64,000 bases of DNA from Tubulanus polymorphus (lineage: Eukaryota > Animalia > Nemertea). Below the pieces are notes generated by a model that worked only from the letters and a program-made list of their open reading frames with translations, was not told the origin of the DNA and searched no databases. The position numbers and the translations under genes are program-made. The stretch covers positions 1,116,001 through 1,180,000 of the forward strand of contig NC_134028.1 in the NCBI RefSeq assembly GCF_964204645.1, given 5' to 3'. Positions within the stretch are counted from its first letter, which is position 1. Each line of letters starts with the position of its first letter. Positions 14,501 to 26,311 of the stretch are shown here, piece by piece.

Positions 14501-17500
14501 GGGCAGTAAGCCGTACTACCCGGGACGTAATCTAACAATGGATTACCGCGGTAGCGTACAAGATTTATCATATCACACAGACGATGATAACTATTACTGA
14601 ATTCTACTGATCTCAGAGAAATTGGGACCAAAGGAAAGAAAATCCTCATGATGAAAGATTTCAAGAGGGTATCGGACAATTAGGGAATCTTTCACTCAAG
14701 AATCTGATGGCTTGAAGGAAATGTGTTTTATTATATCAACCATCCAGGATTGTGCTTAATTCATGTGCGTGTGATTTTTTTTGAATCTATGTAGTATAAT
14801 ATATGAACAGGCAGGCTGTGTTATACAGTTCGGTGTGTGTGCAGTGGTTTAGACGGTTACAGTAGAGAATTCATAAAAACCATTTGTAAAAATCATTAAC
14901 CATTTCGTAACGGGTGATGGGATGGTTGCTTCTATTTGGGAAACATAGCGGGCCTGTATTTCCAGACCCCAGTAATATAATAAGTTTATTTAACCTATTC
15001 ATTTATGTAATTAGCTTCATCGAATCGATGAAGCAATAACTAGAAATTCTCATGAAAATATTCATTGAATATTAATCATCATAATCATCGATATAGAATC
15101 GGCAGCGTGATGGTGAACCATATCACATTCTAGGCTCATGTTTTATTTTTGAATTTCAGACGCATTTTTTTGCGCGAAATTTCAGTCTAAACACAAAATG
15201 TACCTCGTATTATTTACATCGGAGGTAATTATCGGGTCTGTGGATTTCTAACGAAGCTAGCTATGTTTAGCTTTACTGTTTCTAATTAACAAAAACCGTT
15301 CTTTCTTTGCTTTCATTGCGTTGATAAGTTAAAACATTCGTATAAACACACAAGAAAATACAGTCAGACTCAAGCTTTACGTAGTAGAAAATATTAAGAG
15401 AAATTCTTGATTCTCTGAAACTAGATCCCTAATCATTGAATGTGGGCTTTAATATGAACGCACCAGTACAGTGCGCGTTATAGATACATAGATTACCCTG
15501 GACTGTGCTGCTGATTTTATAGAACATAATTGTAATCTATAATCGATAAATCTATTCTCATTGAAGCAGCTGTATTTTATCATGAAATATATTGGTAATT
15601 TCCATATGAATACACAACATACAACACGAAATACATCTCCTATTCTCTACGTTCCACGGAGCAGAATATCTAAACGACTAACTTGTTTAGTTGAGACCAG
15701 TTTTTATCTATAATTTTCAAGCAAATATGACTTTGTAAGAAACAAGTGGTTTTAACGCCTGTAGCGGGCGGAGGGAGGGAGAAACCAATCTGCGTTCAGA
15801 GATATCAGCTCGCTTTGCAGCAGACGCTAAAAAACAGACAACATTCTTTCAGTGTTTAGTAATGTATTTTATACGTGGTTTTTGAATGACTTATGAAGTG
15901 AAAATAGCAATAATCTACAAATACTGTTAACTGCTGATATCGACGACATAAGAAATCAAATACAAATTTGAATTTCAAAAAAATGTGCCCGAAATTTCAA
16001 ACATTGAAGTATCGGTCACGATTAAAGCCTTGAAATGAAACAAAATGCCACTTTCCTCAATTCAGGACATGACTTAATCAATAACTGATAAGATACTGCC
16101 TAAAAATATATAGAGCGAAAACTTTGAACCTTTCGAAAAATATTGTTGTTGTAAAAGGGGTTTGAACGTGTGTAGTTATTATAATGATCACTATGTGATC
16201 GGGACTGCTATCAATCTCATGCATAATGTTCCTACTTCTATGTTACTATGTACTGTAAAATGCAAAATATATATCAATAGAAAATAGACCAATCTATTTT
16301 TTCACGGAATCAATATCATAAAATGCGCTCGACTCCTTTTTGCGAAATAAAAACCAGGTTATTTTACGTTGTTCTATCGTGTGTGCATTATTGCGTATGC
16401 TTCACTATTCATCATAGTCGAACTCGTTACTTCAGAAAACTGCCGGAAATCTCGGAAAACTGTTTCAACCAAAATTCTGTTGTATTTCCAGTGAATTATT
16501 GATCCCGGAGTTACACAGAAACCCTGAACCCAGTTCTACAGTAATCCTGAACCCAATTCTACAGAAACCCTGAACCCAGTAACAGAGAAACCCTGAACCC
16601 AGTCTTACAGTTGACTCTTCAATTAAAATTAGCTTATTTCCTATCTACTAACAATACAGTGAAATCTATGAAAGCTACAGAACTGGATCGTGTAGAATCA
16701 ACTGAAGTTGCAGCAGTCGGCCGAGTGTTATACAGGGGATTCTATTTCAATAATTGTGTAATCGGGGTTTAATTAATCTAATTTTGTGAATGGTCTATAG
16801 TTCATATGAAAGCTTGAACGAGAACATGCGGTCTGCAGTATGTAGGCTATCAGGTCTATACAATAGTGAATTGCTGAAACTCATTCCAATAATTGTCCGA
16901 AAACTGTGAAATCTATTAATAAATCAACTAGTAAGGCGACGAGCACAAACTACTAACACTCTGATGGCCTGTATATTATAAACAATAGTAATCTAGTTCA
17001 TACTACAACAGTCTCGTACGTATATGCAATAATTGTCAGTTAGTCTATATTTCATCTCAATGAAATCATTCTCTCGATGTCAATCATGTTTTATAATCTA
17101 CGTAAATGGACTACACACAAAAACTCCAGCTCATATATTCATGACGTGATGAGTTCTAAAATTTCAGATGTAGATTTTTCAGGTATTTCTATATGAACAT
17201 ACAGTAACCACACATACATACATATACACAGTGAACTGTACAGCAGTCACAGCTGTTCATGTAACTGACACTAACTATTGATCATTCAATATGACACAGC
17301 TTGCTCTTGTAGCGACCCCCGACCCGGGATTCTTTTACATATCGATATCATAGGAATCAGAAATTTCAAACGGACAGATGCAACAAAACAGGTCTAAAAT
17401 ATGGACACTGCATGTACTACTTACAGTACGTGGGCTTATTAGGTCAGCGAATCCAGATCCCTGATATTTCCCGGGGCCCTTGAACAAAAGTTCCTCAATC

Positions 17501-18795
17501 AAATTACGAGATATCCTCGGTATAAGTATAAACTCAATAGGTTCCTAGTGTCACTCATATCCAGCAAGGACAACAAGTGACCATGAACTCTAAGTCTCAG
17601 TTCGATGGTCTGTAAAAAAAGAAGAACCCACGGGCCAGCTTTCTGGACTAGTGTCATCTTTAGCACAGGGGTTAACTCAATTTGTTATTATCAATTCAGT
17701 TCACCCCAGGGTGAATTCAAAAATATCTACTTGGTAATGAATGATTTCTTCAAAACGTGATAAGTTTGTTCTACACATACCTGCATATACTTATCGAAGA
17801 CAGCCTTCGTAACATTGAAAGTTCCCATTGTGTCGATTTCCATCACTGTTTTAAAGGCATTAGACGACATGGACGCAACCGGACACAGAAAATTCCCAGC
17901 CGCATCTTAAAAATAGAGTTAAACACTTTATAGAAATCAGCGCAGCACTATTTGTAAGTTCATCATGTTATACTAAGTAGCACTTATGAGGGATCATTCA
18001 GCGGGTTAGTGGTTCAAAATGGGCAAATGTGTGTTTTGAATGATCCCTTATGGTATCACGTGCTGGAGAGCCTGTTATGGTTTCAGCCATCATTACGATA
18101 GTTGAATACTAACATTATCTAAATGAATTCAGAGAGAATTTCAAAAAGTCTATTCATTAAATGACAAATACTTACTGTTTACTAGATAATCAATTTTGTT
18201 GTATGTTTTCAATGTTTCATCAACTGCATTTATAACATCTTCAGGCTGAAAACGATCATTGGTTAACGCACTTTCTCTCTCGCATGATTCAACGTCAAAA
18301 TTAGTTTGCTTTCATCGATTCAAATGCTGTACCGGTTAAACTTACCTTCCTAACATCCATCTGTATCGTGTGACATTTCTGACCAGTTGTAGATTCTAAC
18401 TGTTTAGCTGCATTTTTCAGTTTCTCCAGATTTCGACTAGCGATGGCTATATCGCATTTGTGCCTGCAGAAAATACATCGCATCTCTCAGAGACTGGATG
18501 GAAATGGTTTAATTAAGGGCTAAAGATATACATACTTCATCAGCTGTTCAGCTATTGTATATCCAATACCGGATCCACCACCAGTAATCAATGCCACTTT
18601 ATTCCTGAATAATAAACAATTCATCATCGTCCTCAAAAATTACTGATCACTTACAAAAAATCTGATAAAATTAGGATATCTCTAGTATCTTATATATTTT
18701 AGGATATTTTTTAGTCATTAAATGTATCCTTACTTAAATAGGTCATCTTTGAAAATTGAAGCGCTGCTACATCGTTTAGCCACAGATTGAGACAT
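11501..18795 (-). CDS. DECR2: Peroxisomal 2,4-dienoyl-CoA reductase (DECR2-like), 8 coding exons, 287 aa
   Basis: Exons 18734-18795, 18536-18604, 18346-18463, 18176-18245, 17781-17905, 12230-12323, 11964-12068, 11501-11721 (864 nt). Motifs: [90 protein letters not shown]; C-terminal SNL is a PTS1-like tripeptide. Confidence 0.95.
13596..14600 (+). CDS. Stand-alone LINE ORF1p-like protein (coiled coil + RRM + CTD; L1TD1/Transposase_22-like), 334 aa, nested antisense in DECR2 intron 5
   Basis: Uninterrupted ORF (first ATG 13596; the ORF-track start 13524 is GTG). Heptad-rich N-half, then [52 protein letters not shown], the pattern of non-LTR retrotransposon type-II ORF1 proteins (recognised by eye). 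No EN/RT ORF downstream. Confidence 0.8.
   Translation: MDKIDNNNGLETLDIDVKQKLLNRLKQNSSPRCFDKMTNLEDNLLRAVSTKFDKIHEQKLEAIGILEELKLHEDNSINSEKNRLAKERENKAERIEKLERNVHELKQSVEFHFKLTSIMRWKIDGLNKELDDTSDKMDDLSSDYYDIKREQIEEKLHSMKNNLIVFGLYEANHEVTENAVRNFFQDQLNVRYAHMIELCDVYRFGKIGGHRPRPILVKFQHFRDREHVKRMAPNLRNTSYAISEQFPKEIQEYRKKLYPVMKEARQLNCKVVLRVDCLWIDGELYDGAGPAPIGLNNDWDYTGSKPYYPGRNLTMDYRGSVQDLSYHTDDDNYY
16515..16690. repeat. Degenerate MITE with tandemly amplified left end (4 x ~22 bp)
   Basis: AAACCCTGAACCCAGTTCTACAG-like unit x4, then body ending CAGAACTGGATC, resembling the termini of 62349-62452. Confidence 0.5.
17989..18048. mobile_element. 60-bp mini element, 12-bp TIR, 4-bp TSD
   Basis: TATG [AGGGATCATTCA ... 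TGAATGATCCCT] TATG in DECR2 intron 4. Confidence 0.55.
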
Positions 18796-19784
18796 CCTAG
18801 CTGTTAAATAAATACAAGCATGTCATTAAAAGATGTAACAGGGCCACATCCGCAATATATCCATCGATTGAATATGCAATATAGAAATATGACAATATAC
18901 TCCACAGCATTTAATTCTTGATTTCTCAACATGCAAATATCCATGGATCGAAACTTTTTTGCCTCAATTAGGTTGTACATTATAGTTAAACTAATTGGTA
19001 AAAAATCGGCCAATTATTTCTAGTTGATGTCATAAAATAAACAAACTGTCTATGATCAACACTCGTACAGTACAGCACTTTTACCAAGTGAAGTATGGGC
19101 CTTAAAACTAGGAAAGCACCATCACAAGAATTCTCCAAGACCAAAGAGCAGCTCACTCCTCCAGACTAAATGAGAGCTCAACAAAATAGGCTGCTACTAA
19201 CAAGTACAGCCTGACAGAACTGACCTAGCTTCTTAATTTCTTAAATTTTTCATAATCATATTTAATGATTGTCTTATAAAGGCGCTTGTGTAATCCGAGG
19301 CCAGACTGAACTGAAAAGCCTGAAGGAAGGGTCAATAAAGAGAGTTTGAATTTGGTCTTCATGTGTTTATGACACTATTAAACGTTGTCAACTCGTTTTA
19401 ATCCTCATTCATAATTCTCTAAATATCAATACACTAAAATCTATTTCAAAACCTGACTACATTTAACACATACCGGCAGCAAAAAACGATTTATTGCCGA
19501 AAATCTGCGCGCTTGAAATTCGTAACACGGACGCGGCCATATTGGATTTATCGAAGATTCAAATTCAAATGACTTTATTGAACCACAAAGTAATATACAT
19601 AAGACAGACATACAAGGTCTAATGCGAGAAAAATTATAGCCCTATAATATGTAATAGATGAAATCGAAGTGACGGACGCCTCGTCACAGCTTGATTAAAT
19701 TTTTCATGTAAGAAATCATAGCGATTCGGGAAAACAACCTCAGATAAAACTAACTCCTGAAAGTAACTGTAGGAATCTGAAAGT

Positions 19785-19869
19785 AACTGTAAGTTTTGAT
19801 TCATTTCTGAAATTTGGGCTTATTTATAATATAAGCCCAAATTTCAGAAATGAATCAAAACTTACAGTT
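19785..19869. repeat. Perfect 39-bp-arm inverted repeat (7-nt loop)
   Basis: AACTGTAAGTTTTGATTCATTTCTGAAATTTGGGCTTAT-TTATAAT-ATAAGCCCAAATTTCAGAAATGAATCAAAACTTACAGTT, preceded by a direct duplication of CTGAAAGTAACTGTA. Confidence 0.92.
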
Positions 19870-20470
19870 TAAACTTAAAGAATCAAACCTCATAATTTTC
19901 TAATCTTATATTATAAGATCAAATGAAATTAGATTTTTTAATTTTTGCGAGAAAAAAACTTGAACAATTTCTTATAAATTATGTCGATCGGAACCACTGT
20001 CTGCTAAACAGATTATTCTTTCGATTTAGAAAAAGTGTCATTTTTTAATGGTTTAAAACTCTTTGTGAAACCATAATGTAAAACCAGGACATTTCTATGA
20101 AGGAAACTGAGAGGGGTTTTTGCAATATTGAAGAATTTTAACCTGGTAGTTAATTTAGAAATTAGCTCCATTTGGATATAATAAAAGGAAGACGAGATGA
20201 TTACAACGCATTTCTTAATTACCTTCAAAGAGAAAAAAATCGAATACCCGTTGAAACGCACAAATCGGAAAATTATTTTCTCCTAAAAAAAAATCGAATT
20301 GGCAGGAAATGCGAATGTCAGTATAAAAATTGATTGCTCTTGCGAAAAATATACATTTCTTTTTTAATCCGCCGGGAATACGGTTCAAAATAAGCAGTGC
20401 CGTGGCCAGCGGTACCGAATTCCTCATTTGGTGAAGAAGGCCGGGGCGGAGTCTGTTTTTGCCGACCGCG

Positions 20471-20769
20471 ATGTTGCTGCTGCTGCTTTCAGTGAAGACT
20501 TTTTGGATATCACAGTCTGAAAACTTCAAAATTAATCTGTAAGATTGGATTAGAACTGACTGAATAAGTTGAATTTAAGACTGTTACTATCTCGAGGACA
20601 AGTGTCTGATGAATTGTGTGTTTTATATTTTGTAGTCTTATAACATGGATAATTTGATGCCTGTTTCGTTCAGTTTAACTGAATTGTATCTGTCTTACAA
20701 CAAGTTGGATAGTTACCCGACGTGGCTTAATGAAAAACTGCCTCACCTCACGACTTTATACCTAAACAG
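20471..20769 (+). pseudogene. Truncated leucine-rich-repeat gene relic
   Basis: Exon-like 20471-20538 (MLLLLLSVKTFWISQSENFKIN, donor GTAAGA) and 20636-20769 (SYN..LTELYLSYNKLDSYPTWLNEKLPHLTTLYLNR, LxxLxLxxNxL motif). The intron phases do not match and no further exons were seen. Confidence 0.55.
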
Positions 20770-21204
20770 GTCGGTACTCAGAATATTCATCTTAGTACTG
20801 GAGAGTTACCTCATTAATATTCATGAGTTGATGATAGTGCGCTGTGCTATTCGCTCCTGTTGCTAAGGGAATTTCAGCTATTTGCAACTCGATCGATCAA
20901 CGCGGTTCATTGTTAAACTATTCATCGACCCAATCTTGTTCGGAATTTCATGAAATAAATACATTCTGAAATAACCCGATCCATAAGTTACCTTATTTTA
21001 GTTAGTGGAATGCCGGATTTTAGCGTGACGTAATTCTACTTCCGATTTCCCCATGAACTTCAAACCGGACGTCAAGTGACGTCATTTTTTTCTGACTTTG
21101 TCAGCTAGTCAGAATCGGTTAAGAAAACACTTTGTAGTATCCACATATACGCGTTTACCAAAGGGACGTCTTCCGGGCGCCCGGCGTCCGTCTATAAAAT
21201 TATT

Positions 21205-21883
21205 ACCCTAGTGTTGGCCTGATCAATCAACGCAGTAACCCTAGTCTTGGCCTGATCAATAAACGCAGTAACCCTAGTGTTGGCCTGGTCAATAAACGCA
21301 GTAACCCTAGTGTTGGCCTAGTGAATAAACGCAGTAACCCTAGTCTTGGCCTGATCAATAAACGCAGTAACCCTAGTGTTGGCCTGGTCAATAAACGCAG
21401 TAACCCTAGTGTTGGCCTAGTGAATAAACGCAGTAACCCTAGTCTTGGCCTGATCAATAAACGCAGTAACCCTAGTGTTGGCCTGGTCAATAAACGCAGT
21501 AACCCTAGTGTTGGCCTAGTGAATAAACGCAGTAACCCTAGTCTTGGCCTGATCAATAAACGCAGTAACCCTAGTGTTGGCCTGTTTAATAAACGCAGTA
21601 ACCCTAGTGTTGGCCTAGTGAATAAACGCAGTAACCCTAGTGTTGGCCTAGTGAATAAACGCAGTAACCCTAGTGTTGGCCTGGTCAATAAACGCAGTAA
21701 CCCTAGTGTTGGCCTGCTGAATAAACGCAGTAACCCTAGTGTTGGCCTAGTGAATAAACGCAGTAACCCTAGTCTTGGCCTAGTGAATAAACGCAGTAAC
21801 CCTAGTGTTGGCCTGTTTAATAAACGCAGTAACCCTAGTGTTGGCCTGGGACAGGCAACCAGTCTACCCTAGTGTTGGCCTGG
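21205..21883. repeat. 33-bp minisatellite, ~20 units, upstream of DHRS7B
   Basis: Unit ACCCTAGT(G/C)TTGGCC-T(GATC/GGTC/AGTG/GTTT)-AATAAACGCAGTA; it produces the artefactual NKRSNPSVGLV and TRPTLGLLRLL ORFs. Confidence 0.96.
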
Positions 21884-22128
21884 AAAGGAAGTTACCATGG
21901 TTGCCCTGATGTGGATATTCTCGGAGCCACCCATTTCTCGCGAAACCTGCAAAGGCGACCCTGCGATTGAACTTTCTTATCTTTTTTCGAGCTGTTAGGT
22001 ATGTGTATGTTCAGGTAACTTAAGAAATAAAAGTTTTTCCATACATATATATTAAAGCTTCCATTTGAGTATTCAATCGTTGACATACTGTTAAACTTGT
22101 TATATTTGACAGCTGAATTTCAGTGAAG

Positions 22129-23795
22129 ATGCATTTCTGTTGCTGCCCGTGTTTGACAACAATTCTTCCAGCCTCAATACTGGCGATTGTCATCTATAAA
22201 TGGATGACCAGAAAGCGTACATCAGTTACAGGAAAGCTGGTCTTCATCACAGGAGCGAGTTCTGGAGTTGGAAAAGGTAAACCGTCCATCGCCGTGGACC
22301 TGAATCACACTCTGCAACATTTCATAAATTCTAAACCTTGTTGAAAACATTTTTCAGCTTGCGCATTTTTATTCCACAAACTCGGAGCCAAAGTGGTTCT
22401 AGCTGCCAGGAATATCGATGCATTGATGTCAGTCAAAACAGATTTAATGAAGAAAAATGATGTCAGTTTTTCTAATAGCTCTATCCTATATATACAATTC
22501 CAGGAATGTTGAATTTTGATGATATCAAATTGATTACAGATGAATGAACCAATAGTTGTCCAGTTGGACCTGTGTGATATCGAGCAAATAACCGAAGTGG
22601 TGAAGAAAGTTGAAGATGAACACGGTCCTATTGACGTTCTAGTGAATAACGCTGGTATGAGTTATAGAGGTGAAATCATTGATACCGATATCACCGTCCA
22701 CCAGAAACTGATGCATGTCAATTACTTCGGTCATGTGGTTCTTACTAAGGGTACGTTTACTTATAGAGAAAGTTTGATGTTATTGACGATTAAAACAATA
22801 ATAGCCCGCCACAGTAGAAATATCGATATCGACCGTCTAGTGCTGCCCCCTACGTGTAACGATAGCGGGAAGAACTAATATAATACTCACTTGCCTATCA
22901 TGATTTATGTTTGAAATGTTTTTGTTTTATTGCAGCTGTCCTTCCTGCTATGATTAAACAGAAATCTGGTCATATCGTAGCAGTTAGTAGTGTACAAGGG
23001 AAGCTTTCGATACCGTTCAGATCAGCATGTGAGTTTAGTTTACACCGACACATCTTGAGTCCGTGTTGTAATGAATGATAGGATATCACTATTCGGAAGG
23101 GTTTCTTATTAAAACCCGGGTTTTGCGGAACATTCTGCATTGAACCCGTGTTTTGAGCGTAGCATAGATGTACAACTCAAGTCTTAAGGAGCATATTAGT
23201 TTATAGTTGAAATTGGAGTAAACTTCTCCTTCCATTCTTAGAGTGTGTGAAATGTTTATATTCTTGTGAGGTTAGTTACTGCTGTATCTTTGCACTGAAT
23301 CAATGAGTGTTTTTCGTTTTAGATTCTGCGTCGAAACACGCGACTCAAGCGTTTTTTGACTGTTTACGAGCTGAAGTTGCCCATCATAATATACAAGTGT
23401 CAGTCGTCAGTCCTGGCTACATCAAAACTAATTTATCACTGAACGCAATGACGGGAGATGGTTCATCTTACGCCAGTAATTAATTACTCATTATTTCGAT
23501 TTTTTAGATGTTAAAAATGCTTAGAAATCTTTACAATTTGTTTTCATCATAAATCAGTTAATTTTATCTGTTTTGCACTTTTCCAGTTGAAGATGCGACC
23601 ACTGCGTCTGGGATGGAACCATCAGTAGTTGCTGAGTCTATCGTCGACGCGATAGAGAGAAGTAAATATGATTTGATATTGGCCCCGATTCATCATCGAC
23701 TCGTCGTCTATTTCAGATCATTATTTCCTGCTCTCGTTGTTTATATTATGAATTTAAGAGCTGCTAAACAATTCAAACTGAAAAATAAATCATGA
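22129..23795 (+). CDS. DHRS7B: Dehydrogenase/reductase SDR family member 7B-like, 6 coding exons, 305 aa
   Basis: Exons 22129-22276, 22358-22461, 22540-22750, 22936-23028, 23323-23475, 23587-23795 (918 nt). N-terminal hydrophobic anchor, [76 protein letters not shown]. Confidence 0.93.
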
Positions 23796-23898
23796 AGTTT
23801 TTAGATACGTATAATGTTTATGATATTCGGTGTTCAGTGTTTATTTCAACAAGAGGAGTCGGGGTACGATATAGTAATCTGGTCATTGACTGACAGTT

Positions 23899-26311
23899 AT
23901 GGCTTCAAATCATGAGGAAAAAAAGCATTTCTTTGTTTATCTCCTGTGAACTGAACAAGTACTGAGTGTGGGCACTACCACGGGCCCGGGCTGACTCCAA
24001 GACTGATGAGACACTGTCCAGACTGGAAGTGTTCTATACATTATGAGACATGGTTCAGACTTGACATTACATGACATTCCCATCTGTTCTACTAGACTGA
24101 ATATTGGTGGTCAGGAACTACCAGAAATATTTCTATCAAGTGTGGTATCGTACGTCTTTATCTATTAGTTCCTGATTTTTCTACTAGATGGCGAGGGTGT
24201 GTCGTGATAAAAGCGTACGACGATCCACACAAATATCTCGCCAAACTATTAGTTCCACGAAATTCTAATAGATGGCAACAAGTGTCCCGCCATTGATTAG
24301 AAAGAACTTTGAGATTGAGAAATATCTCATTGAGTTTCCGCCAAAATTCTGTCGCTATTAGCTACGATACCGAGCTAATAATCATTGTTTACCGATCGAT
24401 AAGGATAGATATACGAAAAAGAAAGAAGAATGTACAATATGTAATTCTGGTGCAATTGGTGATGAATACCATTATCTAATGATCTGTCATTCTCACACCA
24501 GGCTGAGAAGAAGATACCTAACAAGTTACTATTACGAAACTCTAACCGAGCTAAAATATTACGTTATTGAATAAGAAGAAACCGAAATTATTAATGAATA
24601 TCATAAAATGTTCTGTAAATATTTTGTTTCCTACATAGTGTATTAATATGCATGTGTTTCTATATCCTTACAATTGACATTGTCAAGATGAATGAATAAA
24701 GTTAAAGTTAAAGAATCTTATCATCTTATATTAATTAATTAGTTTGCACCAGGGAAACGACTTGCCGACCTAAGTGATGCATTTGAGTGAACTCCAGATA
24801 GAACGGTCTCATAAAAAACATGATCTTCTACCACAGAATATAGCGCCCTAAAATAATGATTTTAAGGGGTGCCACACGATAACTAGCTCCTTGGTGAGTG
24901 GTTTCGTCCAATATCAGATATTCACCTACTGCAGCATGAAACATCACAACCACAGATGAACAAACAGACTTCATATATTATGTATTACTTTTATTAGATA
25001 AATAGGGATATTCAATGGCTTCAAATCATGAGGAAAAAAGCATTTATTTGTAAATATCATGTTTACTGAACAAGTACCGGTACTGAGTATGAGAGAACTA
25101 CCGCAGGGGCCCGGGCAGATACCATCCAGACTGATAGGAGACCGTCCAGACTGGAAGTGTTCTATGCATTATGAGACATGGTTCAGACTTGTTACATGAC
25201 ATTCTCATTTGTTCTATTAGACTGAAGATGGGTGGTAAGAACTATACCAGAAATATTTCTATCATGTGTGGGATTTTGCGTCTTTATCTATTAGTTCCTG
25301 AATGTTCTACTAGATGGCGAGGGTGTGTCATCATAAAAGCGTACGACGATCTACACAAGTACCTCGCCAAACTATAGTTCCACGAAATTCTAATAGATGG
25401 CTACAAGTATCACGCCATTGAATGGAGACAAATAAAGTTATCTTTTCTTATCTTAATCAATTAGTTTGCACCAGAGATTCATGATTATGCATTTGAGCGA
25501 ACTCCAGATAGTTAGAACGGTCTCATAAAAAGCATGATCTACCACAGAATATCGCGCCCCAAAATGATGATTTCAAGGGGTGCCAAAGGATTTAACTAGT
25601 TCCTTGATTAGTGGCCTCGTCCAATGTCAATTATTTACCAGCCTATCACCTAATAGATGAATAGGAATATTCAATGGTTTCAAATCATGAGGAAAAAAGC
25701 ATTTCTTTGTAGATATCGTGTGTACTGAACAAGTACTGAATACTGAGAGCACCACTACCGCAGTACTCAGAACGCATTATGAGACATGGTCCAGACTTGT
25801 TACATGACATTCTCATTTGTTCTATTAGACTGAAGATGGGTGGTAGGAACTACCAGAAATATTTCTATCAAGTGTGGGATTTTACGTGTTTATCTATTAG
25901 TTCCTTATTGTTCTACTAGATGGCGAGGGTGTGCCGTCATAAAAGTGTACGTGATCTGCACAAATATCTCGCCAAATTATTAGTTCCACGAAATTCTAAT
26001 AGATGGCAACAAGTGTCACGCCATTCAATCAATTTGTTTGCATCAGGACCTAAGTGATTATGCATTTGAATGGACTAATGATAGTTAAAACGGTCTCATA
26101 AAAAACATGACCTTCTACCATAGAATATAGCGCCCTAAAATAATGATTTCAAGGGGTGTCACACGATAACTAGCTCCTTGATGAGTGGCCTCGTCCAATA
26201 TCAGATAATCACCTACTGCAGCATGAAACATCACAACCACAGAATATACAAGATGAACAAACAGACTTCATATATTATGTATTTTTTATTAGATAAATAG
26301 GGATATTCAAT
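23899..26311. repeat. Diverged tandem triplication of a ~640-700 bp segment
   Basis: Copies start with ATGG(C/T)TTCAAATCATGAGGAAAAAAGCATT at 23899, 25015 and 25674 and share internal blocks (ATTATGAGACATGG, CTACTAGATGGCGAGGGTGTG, AGTTCCACGAAATTCTAATAGATGG, AACGGTCTCATAAAAA). Confidence 0.92.
24296..24713 (+). mobile_element. 5'-truncated LINE (CR1/L2-group-like) 3' end
   Basis: Reads NFEIEKYLIEFPPKFCRY*LRYRANNHCLPIDKDRY..CTICNSGAIGDEYHYLMIC..RRRYL, the Cys/His C-terminal motif after RT in invertebrate LINEs; ends AATAAAGTTAAAGTTAAAG. Present in full only in copy 1 of the triplication. Confidence 0.8.

Noticed and set aside
21205-21883. CRISPR-like array or repeat protein (183-aa and 153-aa ORFs)
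   Set aside because: There are no unique spacers, only a few recurring 4-5 nt variants; there are no cas genes and the context is eukaryotic. The ORFs arise because the 33-bp unit lacks stops in those frames.
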